Source: Patescibacteria group bacterium (GTDB lineage Bacteria; Patescibacteriota; Patescibacteriia; UM-FILTER-42-10). Taken from it: a stretch of 64,000 nt of DNA. Position 1 is the first letter of the stretch, and every line of letters starts with the position of its first letter. Location of the stretch: assembly GCA_041664365.1 (NCBI GenBank), contig JBAYKW010000002.1, positions 11,858 through 75,857 of the forward strand, read 5' to 3'. Of the stretch, positions 30,274-38,127 are shown in pieces. Made by a program: the position numbers and the translations under genes. A model generated the notes under the pieces. The model had not been told where the DNA came from, made no database searches, and saw only the letters and a list, made by a program, of their open reading frames with translations.

Positions 30274-30315
30274 GTTAGGGATTAGGGGATAGGGATAAGG
30301 GTGTTAGGATTAGGG
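30274..30315 (+). repeat. G-rich TAGGG-type tandem repeats
   Basis: GGG-ATTA-GGGG-ATA-GGG-ATAA-GGG. Confidence 0.5.
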
Positions 30316-30339
30316 CATTGAAAACATAATATTAAACTG

Positions 30340-30446
30340 GAATAGTACCAGGGAACACCGGTGTAAATCCGGGGCAGTCCCGCTACTGTAATCTCAGGGC
30401 ATTTTTTTAGAAAATGTACTGGGAAAGTCAGAATACTGGTATATTC
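30340..30446 (+). ncRNA. cobalamin riboswitch (compact)
   Basis: AGGGAA-CCGGTGTAAATCCGG-GCAGTCCCGCTACTGTAA...AAGTCAGAATACTG; upstream of B12 uptake genes. Confidence 0.9.
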
Positions 30447-30498
30447 AAAATTAATTCTTTCTCCGCGGATAGGGAAAGAGGTAAAACTGCCGATTTTG

Positions 30499-30523
30499 CC
30501 TTCCTGTCCTAGGAAGGTTTTTT
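30499..30523 (+). terminator. riboswitch expression-platform terminator
   Basis: CCTTCCT-GTCCT-AGGAAGG + T-run. Confidence 0.7.
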
Positions 30524-30556
30524 AATAAAAGATTAACTAATTGTCATAATAAAATC

Positions 30557-31021
30557 ATGATCAAGAAGAGAATCGCATTTCTTTTTTCATTACTCCTGCT
30601 GACAACAATAATAGGAGCGGGGTGTACAAATAATCAAGATGCTAACAATCAAGATGTCAACAATCAAAATGTCGGCACAACAAATACTGCTACTGAAAAC
30701 AGCAATGAATCAAATGTTTCAGATGTTGATAGCGATCTGAGTCTTGTAATTACTATGGATGACCAAAGTACCACTTACCCGGTCACAATCCAGAAATATT
30801 CCACTGCGCTGGATGTCTTAAGAAAGGTTGCCGGTGATAATAATCTCGAACTGGATACGCAGGAATCTACCTATGGTGTATATGTTAATGGTCTGGCCGG
30901 GAAAACGGGTGGTGACAACAACAAGTATTGGCTGTATTATATTAACGGAGAGTCTGCCACAATGAGTGTGGTGGATTATATTATTAACGAAGGGGATTCA
31001 ATTGAATTTAAATTTGAATAA
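30557..31021 (+). CDS. DUF4430-type lipoprotein, probable B12-binding
   Basis: lipobox IGAGC; YGVYVNGL...YWLYYING. Confidence 0.75.
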   Translation: MIKKRIAFLFSLLLLTTIIGAGCTNNQDANNQDVNNQNVGTTNTATENSNESNVSDVDSDLSLVITMDDQSTTYPVTIQKYSTALDVLRKVAGDNNLELDTQESTYGVYVNGLAGKTGGDNNKYWLYYINGESATMSVVDYIINEGDSIEFKFE

Positions 31022-31022
31022 T

Positions 31023-31598
31023 ATGAAAAATATTTCTTGGAGAAAATTAGTATTCGCTTTACTGCTTATCGCGTTTGGCACACTTGGCAGATATTTGTTA
31101 CTGGATATGCCGAATATTGAAACTATGACGGCGATTTCGCTGTTGGCCGGAGCGCTCTTAGGCGGAGGGTATGCGCTGGCGGTTCCTTTGTTATCAGTTG
31201 CTCTATTTGATATTTTCTACGGTAACAGTTCGATTCTTTTCTTTACCTGGTCGGCCTGGGCAATGATCGGACTGATCGGGTTAGTTTTGAAAAAGAAAAA
31301 GATGTCTGCATGGAAGTTTACAGCCGGTATGACCGGACTGGGAGTTTTATCATCAGTATTATTTTATATATGGACAAATTTCGGTGTCTGGCTGATCGGC
31401 GATTGGTATCCGGAAACAGTAGGTGGTCTAATGACCTGCATGATTGCCGGATTGCCATTTCTTAAAGCGCAAATACTGGGAAACCTGATAGTCGTCCCGA
31501 TAATTTCCATTTCTCTAAGTTTCGTCTGGCAAAAATTTGAGGTTTTACAGCTAAGATTAACGAAAAATAAGCCAAAAAACTCCGATATTGTAATTTAA
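31023..31598 (+). CDS. ECF-type S component, probable cobalamin transporter
   Basis: six hydrophobic segments, PNIET, WTNFGVW, AGLPF; riboswitch context. Confidence 0.7.
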   Translation: MKNISWRKLVFALLLIAFGTLGRYLLLDMPNIETMTAISLLAGALLGGGYALAVPLLSVALFDIFYGNSSILFFTWSAWAMIGLIGLVLKKKKMSAWKFTAGMTGLGVLSSVLFYIWTNFGVWLIGDWYPETVGGLMTCMIAGLPFLKAQILGNLIVVPIISISLSFVWQKFEVLQLRLTKNKPKNSDIVI

Positions 31599-31853
31599 TA
31601 ACATTTACAAATCAGAAGATGAAGGGCGCTTCGACAAAAAGCGCTCTTTTATCATGCTCACACCTTGACAAATCAAAAAAAGTATGACAAAGTAGTCTGT
31701 TACGAATATTCGTAACTCAGTATAGAATGACCTTTGAAAAACAGGTTTTGTTACCTGTGTCATAACACAACTAGAAAACACTTGGCAGATAGACGAAGAA
31801 ACGGGGAAATCAATTCTGGTTTTCCCAACGGGACACGAGTGAAGGAGACAGTC

Positions 31854-33647
31854 ATGAATTCGTTCAACAAGTTCGGCCAAGCTCGGTGGTATGCGATGGT
31901 CTTCATCGGCGTGATTACCGCTGCGCAGGTGGTTAGGGGCAACTGGTTCGGTTTCGTGGAAGGTCTGTTGTCGATGGGAATCATGGCCGTCATGATGTGG
32001 GTGTGGCTGCCGATCTTCATCCGACAGCTGGCCGACCAGTACCTTTTCTTCTTGCGGGCGAAGGAAATGCGCGCCTACATGATTGAGAAGGACGGAAAGT
32101 TGGTCCGGCTCATCATCGCGGTACTGGCAAAGGACCGTCCGCGGTTCGAGGTGCTCAAGATGGAACAAGAAGCAAGGGGAATCCGGGTTGACCTGGTTGA
32201 CCCTTCGAGCTCCTTGTATTACATCGGAGTGCCTTGGAAGTTCAAGGCCAAGTTTTGGTTTGAGTATCCGGCGGACGAAACGTCTCCCGAATTGCATCCC
32301 CAGTACTCGATGATTCTTTCTGAAAGGACCATCGATTACCAAGCGCCCGAAGTGCCCACGGCGGACTTCATTGAGATCACTGCCAAGCTGGTGATCTCAT
32401 TGATTGTGGTGAATCCGCTCAAAGCAGTTTATGGCGTTAACCATTACATGGAGGCAGTGATCTTCCTGATCAACTCCAGGTGGCGTAGGGTTGCCACTAC
32501 TCTGCACTTCTTCTACTACGGAGAGGATGCAGAGGCGCCAAAGGATCTCAATACGGTGCTCTCCAGACTGGAGACACTAAAGAGAGATCCGGAAATCTAT
32601 CAGAAGGCTCACGGAGCACTGCTGGTGGATCTCTGGCTGGCCGGGCGCTGTCAGAAGTACAAGGTCGCTGTCGGGGAAGATGGCAATCCCAAAGCAATTG
32701 CTGACGGGAGGCCGGAACCTCGATACTGGAACGTCCAGGACTCCAAGGTAATGGATGGCACGGAGACTTTCGGAGGAAATGTCTACAACGTCTATGGAGA
32801 CTTTGAAGGCAGATTCTTCTATGTTCGCGAAGAAGCGGATGAAAGCCTCGTGCTGATGTGTGGTAAGGAAGGAGAATCCCCGATTTCATTCGTCGAAAGC
32901 GACCGTAGCAAGGTCGTGGTCAGACCGGAACAGCGCGTGCTGTTTCTGTTTACCAAGTCGGGAGATTCTTGGGATGGGGTCCGTGCCTACTTCAAGTACG
33001 GGATTCCCGCCGACAAGCCGGCTCGTCGGCTAGTCATACACTTCGGTGTCTTCCCGAAAGACGTCGAAATACAAGACATCGGCACCCAGCGCAATATCAA
33101 GGAGGCCCTGGAAAAGCCCGCTATTGCCATTGCCAATGCTCTTGCTGCCAGGCAAGAAGCAGAAGGAATGAAAGCGGTCAAGGTTCTTGAAGCAGAAGGG
33201 GAAAAGCAGGCCAAGATCCTTCAGGGTGAAGGTGAAGAGAAGCGTTTGTCCTCTGTGGGCGCAGGCGAGGGCACAGCGAAGCGCCTGGTTGGTGAAGGAG
33301 AAGGCGCGGCAGTGCTTGCGGTCCACAAGGGACACGCCGATGGTTTCGCCGCTCAAATGGCGGCGCTTGGAATCAAACCGGGCGAGGCGGCTGCCTTGTC
33401 TATGTTGAGTGCCGAAGCAGTGCGTCAAATGGCAATTTCTGCTAAGCAGCTCACTGTTATAGGGGCTGAAGGCATTAACAACCTATTTGGCGTTGTGCCG
33501 GCTCTTGCGCAGCTCTGGAACAGAGAAGGGAACACTCCCTCTGAAGCTGATGTGATCAAAGTATTGTCCGGCCTTAGCGTGGCTGAACGACAGTCCGTGT
33601 TCGATGCGTTGCCCAGAACCAATAGTGGTGAGGACAGCGTTTCCTAA
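31854..33647 (+). CDS. SPFH/band-7-like membrane protein with large insertion
   Basis: N-terminal TMs, TAD.IEI..V.NP.KA.Y.V, G...DVEIQDI, EAEG/GEGE coiled-coil; AAGGAG SD. Confidence 0.55.
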   Translation: MNSFNKFGQARWYAMVFIGVITAAQVVRGNWFGFVEGLLSMGIMAVMMWVWLPIFIRQLADQYLFFLRAKEMRAYMIEKDGKLVRLIIAVLAKDRPRFEVLKMEQEARGIRVDLVDPSSSLYYIGVPWKFKAKFWFEYPADETSPELHPQYSMILSERTIDYQAPEVPTADFIEITAKLVISLIVVNPLKAVYGVNHYMEAVIFLINSRWRRVATTLHFFYYGEDAEAPKDLNTVLSRLETLKRDPEIYQKAHGALLVDLWLAGRCQKYKVAVGEDGNPKAIADGRPEPRYWNVQDSKVMDGTETFGGNVYNVYGDFEGRFFYVREEADESLVLMCGKEGESPISFVESDRSKVVVRPEQRVLFLFTKSGDSWDGVRAYFKYGIPADKPARRLVIHFGVFPKDVEIQDIGTQRNIKEALEKPAIAIANALAARQEAEGMKAVKVLEAEGEKQAKILQGEGEEKRLSSVGAGEGTAKRLVGEGEGAAVLAVHKGHADGFAAQMAALGIKPGEAAALSMLSAEAVRQMAISAKQLTVIGAEGINNLFGVVPALAQLWNREGNTPSEADVIKVLSGLSVAERQSVFDALPRTNSGEDSVS

Positions 33648-33664
33648 ATTCGTGGAGGTGTGTC

Positions 33665-34768
33665 GTGGACATTCTGCTTCTCATAGTTCTTCTGCTGGCA
33701 TTTGGTGCGTATTCCCTGAATTCCTGGTTCAGGAAACGCAACGGCACCAGCACTCAACGCAGAGTAACGAGTAGTTCGAGACTGCTCTTCCCAACCATCG
33801 CGCTCATCGTGATCGCGGTGATCGGACACTACGTCTTTCACTGGAAGGTGGGTAGCGCCATCTTCCTCATCATCCTGACTGCTGCGGTGGTCGGTGGTAT
33901 CTGGTGGTTCCGGCGCAAACCGGCCTACTCCCGTTTCGGTGGTAAGCCGTTCGGTACGTTCGTCGGTAACAATATCAAACTCATCGGATGGCTCGTGTTC
34001 CACGTGGCCTTCTGGTGCGTGGTCGCAAACATGGACGGCAACTGGGACTACGTCAAGGAGTGGTGGTGGGGTAAGTACAGCTTGTTTCTGTACCCCATGC
34101 ACTTGATCTACATCACGCGCGGCAGCTTTCCGGACGTGGTCACAGGGAAGTACACTTTCCCGAACAGGATCACGAAGTGGGCATTCACATTCCTGTTCAT
34201 TCTGATGCTGTATGCACCGTTCTGCCACGTTACTCAGCGCGAGTCGATCCTGAGCCGATACGCGGGCTTCAACGAGTCCGGTTCGGCGCACTACAACATT
34301 CCGGGTCGGCAGTCGCCTGACTCGGACGAACTTCAGCGCGGGCAGTTCAATATCAACGTCACGCCGGAAGGACGTGACGCGAACGGTCTCGTGAAGAAGA
34401 TGAGGGTTGGCACTTTGCCGGCCGGTACCACGTGGATCCAGACCTGGAATATCAGTGGTCGGGTCTACACCAAATATCTGATCTATCAGTGGATCGGCGA
34501 CCGGCTGAAAGTCTACGACAAGATCCTCGTTGACAACAATCAGTTGGCTTCGCCGGACACCGATGGCGATGGCTTCTTGACCGTCAGCCAGAGTCCGTTG
34601 ATGCTCATGCTGGGTGCCGACGGGAAGACGGGGTGGAAGATCGTCAATTCCGAGCGGTACGAATTCGCACCCCTGGCTCAGGATACCGAGGTATTTGTCC
34701 TGATCTACTCCGATCAGGAGAGACCCGGTACTGGAGGCGTCAGCTTCCATCTGCGGTCAGGAATCTGA
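33665..34768 (+). CDS. hypothetical membrane protein
   Basis: several TM segments then soluble domain; GGAGG SD; hairpin+T-run downstream. Confidence 0.65.
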   Translation: MDILLLIVLLLAFGAYSLNSWFRKRNGTSTQRRVTSSSRLLFPTIALIVIAVIGHYVFHWKVGSAIFLIILTAAVVGGIWWFRRKPAYSRFGGKPFGTFVGNNIKLIGWLVFHVAFWCVVANMDGNWDYVKEWWWGKYSLFLYPMHLIYITRGSFPDVVTGKYTFPNRITKWAFTFLFILMLYAPFCHVTQRESILSRYAGFNESGSAHYNIPGRQSPDSDELQRGQFNINVTPEGRDANGLVKKMRVGTLPAGTTWIQTWNISGRVYTKYLIYQWIGDRLKVYDKILVDNNQLASPDTDGDGFLTVSQSPLMLMLGADGKTGWKIVNSERYEFAPLAQDTEVFVLIYSDQERPGTGGVSFHLRSGI

Positions 34769-34891
34769 TATGTACATTTCCTGGGTGGCCCCATGCACAG
34801 TGTCTTACAAACGCTCGTGCATGGACCACCCTTTTTTCTTACAAAAAAAACTGTTTTCAGTGCATTAATTGAATTTTGTTTGAATTAAATA

Positions 34892-34929
34892 TTGGGGCCC
34901 CCGACGAGCGTAGCTCGGTGGGGAAAGGG
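34892..34929. repeat. tRNA-downstream repeat A, copy 1
   Basis: GGGGCCCCCGACGAGCGTAGCTCGGTGGGGAAAGGGG; copies at 35271 and 35713. Confidence 0.75.
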
Positions 34930-34997
34930 GTATAGACTCGAAACTAAAATAATCGAGTTTATAACTCGATTATGACAGTGGAGAGTCTAATGACCCG

Positions 34998-35074
34998 TGG
35001 TAGCAGGGGAGAGGTTCGAACTCTCGACCTCGGGCTTATGAGTCCCGCGCTCTAACCAGCTGAGCTACCCTGCC
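34998..35074 (-). tRNA. tRNA-Met(CAT), elongator type
   Basis: full cloverleaf GGCAGGG...CTCATAA...CCCTGCT-ACCA. Confidence 0.9.
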
Positions 35075-35149
35075 GCGTCCTTTTTATGCTTCAGGTTTCG
35101 TACTTCCCGCTTTGCGGGAACTACTTCACCTTTCGCATAAAAACTCCTT

Positions 35150-35212
35150 TCCTCGCAAAGGCGTGCTCGTCGAGCTTACGCTCTCCTGCGCTACTCCTTT
35201 GCTCGGGTTTTT
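35150..35212. repeat. tRNA-upstream repeat B, copy 1
   Basis: about 62 bp near-identical to 35535-35596. Confidence 0.8.
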
Positions 35213-35270
35213 ATTCTTTATATTTTATGACTTGTGTGCTTCTATAACACTCGGTTGGTTTTGAGTTTAA

Positions 35271-35357
35271 TTGGGGCCCCCGACGAGCAAAGCTCGGTGG
35301 GGAAAGGGGCATAATGCGTAGGGTGAAGTGAATGCAATAATTTGCAGACACGGAACC
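35271..35357. repeat. tRNA-downstream repeat A+C, copy 2
   Basis: repeat A plus 36-bp GGTGAAGTGAATGCAATAATTTGCAGACACGGAACC shared with 35764-35799. Confidence 0.8.
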
Positions 35358-35377
35358 CGAAGCATTTAAATGACCCT

Positions 35378-35453
35378 TGGTTGCGGGGGGCGGACTCGAA
35401 CCGCCGACCTCCAGGTTATGAGCCTGACGAGCTGACCACTGCTCTACCCCGCG
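35378..35453 (-). tRNA. initiator tRNA-fMet(CAT)
   Basis: CGCGGGG acceptor with C1xA72 mismatch, CTCATAA loop, CCA. Confidence 0.92.
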
Positions 35454-35534
35454 TCGAGTGATCGCGAACTGCGACCTACATTTGTCCGGAACTGATGTTC
35501 CGAACAAATTCCGATCTCCGTTCGCGTCCCTCTC

Positions 35535-35596
35535 TCCTCGCAAAGGCGTGCTCGTCGAGCTCACGCTCTCCTGCGCTACTCCTTTGCTCGGGTTTT
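35535..35596. repeat. tRNA-upstream repeat B, copy 2
   Basis: matches 35150-35212. Confidence 0.8.
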
Positions 35597-35712
35597 ATAT
35601 TCTATGCCTTATGCGCTTCCAATTTACTCGTTAGAATTTTTATTGTTAATATGCTACCGCAGTTTAGCCTAAATATATTATTTTGGCAAGTTTCATAGTG
35701 TATATCGTAAAA

Positions 35713-35799
35713 TGGGGTCCCCGACGAGCAAAGCTCGGTGTGGAGAGGGACACAAATGTGAAAGGTGAAGTGAATGCAATAATTTGCAGACACGGAACC
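35713..35799. repeat. tRNA-downstream repeat A+C, copy 3
   Basis: as above. Confidence 0.75.
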
Positions 35800-35818
35800 T
35801 AAAACATTTGATGACCCG

Positions 35819-35905
35819 TGGTACCGGGAGAGAGACTTGAACTCTCATGATGTTGCCATCACTGGATTTTGAGTCCAGCGCGTCTGCCAGTTCCGCCATC
35901 CCGGC
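35819..35905 (-). tRNA. tRNA-Leu(CAA)
   Basis: GCCGGGA acceptor, CTCAAAA loop, long variable arm, CCA. Confidence 0.93.
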
Positions 35906-36304
35906 TTGATTTACTATATGTTCGATAATGTGTTTCTGAGCAATGCTCTTAATGATTTCTTTCCTTTACTGGTTTTAAAGTAGCGTTCTCTTTTTTCAGC
36001 ATCTTCTTTATTATTGAACATTTCATAGAAAATAATCTTAACAGGTAATCTATGTTTAGTAAAAGTGCTTTTACCCTGCCTATGTTCTTTTAAACGTCTT
36101 TCAAGGTTATTAGTAATACCTGCATAAAGTTGCTTATTGGATAAAAGCAAAATATAAACAGAAAACATGTTGATATTGTATTACGGATTATTAAATAACA
36201 ATGATTAGTAAATAGTAATTTCCGCCATCTCGTACCACACAGGGTACGTGATAGCCATGAACCCTTTAGTGGTTCATGGCAGTTCCGCCATCCCGGCTTG
36301 ATTT
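35888..36304 (-). mobile_element. putative GIY-YIG mini-element at tRNA-Leu 5' end
   Basis: 25-bp direct repeat 35888-35912 / 36280-36304 (7-nt leader + tRNA nt 1-18) enclosing a GIY-YIG ORF. Confidence 0.6.
35914..36168 (-). CDS. stand-alone GIY-YIG nuclease
   Basis: VYIL...LYAG.T..L.RR..EH, A.KRE..FK. Confidence 0.88.
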   Translation of the reverse strand: MFSVYILLLSNKQLYAGITNNLERRLKEHRQGKSTFTKHRLPVKIIFYEMFNNKEDAEKRERYFKTSKGKKSLRALLRNTLSNI

Positions 36305-36364
36305 GAAACAGATATTACAAATATCTTTATCTCATACACTAGTCTAAATGGAATACAGCTTTCC

Positions 36365-36403
36365 TGTCAACCTCGTTAGAGAAAAACTCTCTAACGGGGT
36401 CAA
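36365..36403 (-). repeat. TTGAC-CCCGTTAGAG hairpin repeat, copy 2, abutting -35 box
   Basis: minus strand TTGACCCCGTTAGAGAGTTTTTCTCTAACGAGG-TTGACA-N18-TAGACT. Confidence 0.75.
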
Positions 36404-36481
36404 CTGGTTTAATTGGTAGTGGCAATATCTGTAAAAATTGGTATAATATAAAAGTTATATAACAATAAAGAGTATCTTTTA

Positions 36482-37246
36482 ATGGCTCGAATTATTTCGT
36501 TAGTAAATCAGAAAGGTGGTGTTGGTAAAACAACCACTGCGGTCAATCTCGGAGCATATCTGGCGCAAATGGGCCGTTTTGTTTTGTTGGTGGATATTGA
36601 TCCGCAGGGTAATGCATCTTCAGGTGTGGGAGTCGAAATGAGAAAGGTCCAAAAAGGTGTTTATGAAGCAATTATCAACCAAGCTTCTTTTCGGGATATC
36701 ACGCAACATACTCAAATTGATGGATACAAAGTAGCTCCGGCAACCATGTCACTAGCCGGTGCCAATATTGAACTGGTGCCTTTTGAGCAGAGAGAGTACC
36801 GGTTGCATAATAGTTTGATGGAGATAAAGCACGATTTTGATTACATAATAATTGATTGTCCACCAAGTCTGGGTCTTTTGACTATTAACGGGTTGGTGGC
36901 AGCCGATGAAATATTAATCCCGGTCCAAAGTGAATACTATGCGCTGGAAGGATTGGGCCATCTGCTTAATACCGTGAATTTGATTAAGGAGAATCTGAAA
37001 CCGGATTTAAAAATATTGGGTGCGGTCTTAACAATGTATGACCGGAGATATCAGTTGTCTCAGGAGGTAATGAACGAATTATACAAATTCTTCCCGGATA
37101 AAATATTCCGCTCGGTTATACCGCGTAATGTAAGACTGGCGGAAGCCCCGTCTTTTGGTGAGTCAATTCTAACCTACGATCCAAAATCAAAAGGCGCGAA
37201 AGCTTATGAGCGTTTGGCGCGTGAAATTATTGATACAGAAAATTAA
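36482..37246 (+). CDS. parA: ParA/Soj ATPase
   Basis: NQKGGVGKTTT, D.DPQGN, IDCPPSLG, PRNVRLAEAPS. Confidence 0.93.
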   Translation: MARIISLVNQKGGVGKTTTAVNLGAYLAQMGRFVLLVDIDPQGNASSGVGVEMRKVQKGVYEAIINQASFRDITQHTQIDGYKVAPATMSLAGANIELVPFEQREYRLHNSLMEIKHDFDYIIIDCPPSLGLLTINGLVAADEILIPVQSEYYALEGLGHLLNTVNLIKENLKPDLKILGAVLTMYDRRYQLSQEVMNELYKFFPDKIFRSVIPRNVRLAEAPSFGESILTYDPKSKGAKAYERLAREIIDTEN

Positions 37247-37258
37247 TAAATTTAAATA

Positions 37259-38116
37259 ATGAAACACAACCATAGTCTGGGCAAAGGGTTAGCCGCACTG
37301 ATTCCGATCAAGCAGGTGGCGGGTGTCACCACCGCGCAGTTGGCCGGTGCGAAAGAAGAATCAATCCATGAGTTGTCGATTGATGAGATTCAGGTTAATC
37401 CGATGCAACCGCGCACATACTTTGACGCACACGCGGAACAAGAGCTAGTTGAGTCAATTAGGGAACACGGAATAATCCAACCGTTAGTCGTCACTAAAGA
37501 TGGTGAGCAATATCAGCTGATTGCCGGTGAAAGAAGACTGCGGGCTGCTAAGGTCGTTGGCTTGAAAACAGTACCGACTGTTTTACGTAACGTTTCTCAG
37601 CAACAAAAGCTGGAGGTCTCTTTGATTGAGAATATTCAAAGGCAGGATTTGAATCCGATAGAGGAAGCGCTTGCCTATTTGAGATTAATGCATGAGTTCA
37701 GCTTGACCCAGGAGCAAATGGCAAAGCGGGTTGGCAAAAATCGTGCCACTGTGGCTAATCTTTTGAGAATTCTTGAACTGCCTGCGGAAGTGCAACAGGC
37801 ATTGATTGATCGGAAGATAACTTTAGGCCACGCAAAGGTGATATTATCTTTAGATTCCGAAAAAGACCAGATAAACACTTTTAAAAAAATATTAAGAGGG
37901 GGATTGAACGTGCAGGAAGCGACACGGGTTGTTCATGCTATCAAGCCTTCCAAGAAAAGCAAAACAATTGATTTTGATCTCCAGGAAAAAGAGGAAAAGC
38001 TCAGGTCGGCACTTTCGACGAAAGTAAGAATCGAACAGCATGGCAGGGGTGGGAAGATAGTTATAGAATACTATTCTTCCGACGAGCTAGATTCACTAAT
38101 TAATAAAATTGTATAA
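37259..38116 (+). CDS. parB: ParB/Spo0J
   Basis: NP.QPR, IAGERR.RA, ENIQR.DLN. Confidence 0.93.
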   Translation: MKHNHSLGKGLAALIPIKQVAGVTTAQLAGAKEESIHELSIDEIQVNPMQPRTYFDAHAEQELVESIREHGIIQPLVVTKDGEQYQLIAGERRLRAAKVVGLKTVPTVLRNVSQQQKLEVSLIENIQRQDLNPIEEALAYLRLMHEFSLTQEQMAKRVGKNRATVANLLRILELPAEVQQALIDRKITLGHAKVILSLDSEKDQINTFKKILRGGLNVQEATRVVHAIKPSKKSKTIDFDLQEKEEKLRSALSTKVRIEQHGRGGKIVIEYYSSDELDSLINKIV

Positions 38117-38127
38117 AATAAAAATTT

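Noticed and set aside
33644-34750. 368-aa antisense ORF (also 31605..32342 and 691..1284)
   Set aside because: Shadow ORFs of GC-rich genes; the + strand has the SD and membrane or enzyme signatures.
34892-35818. CRISPR array
   Set aside because: Spacing is several hundred bp, units contain tRNAs, and no cas genes are present.
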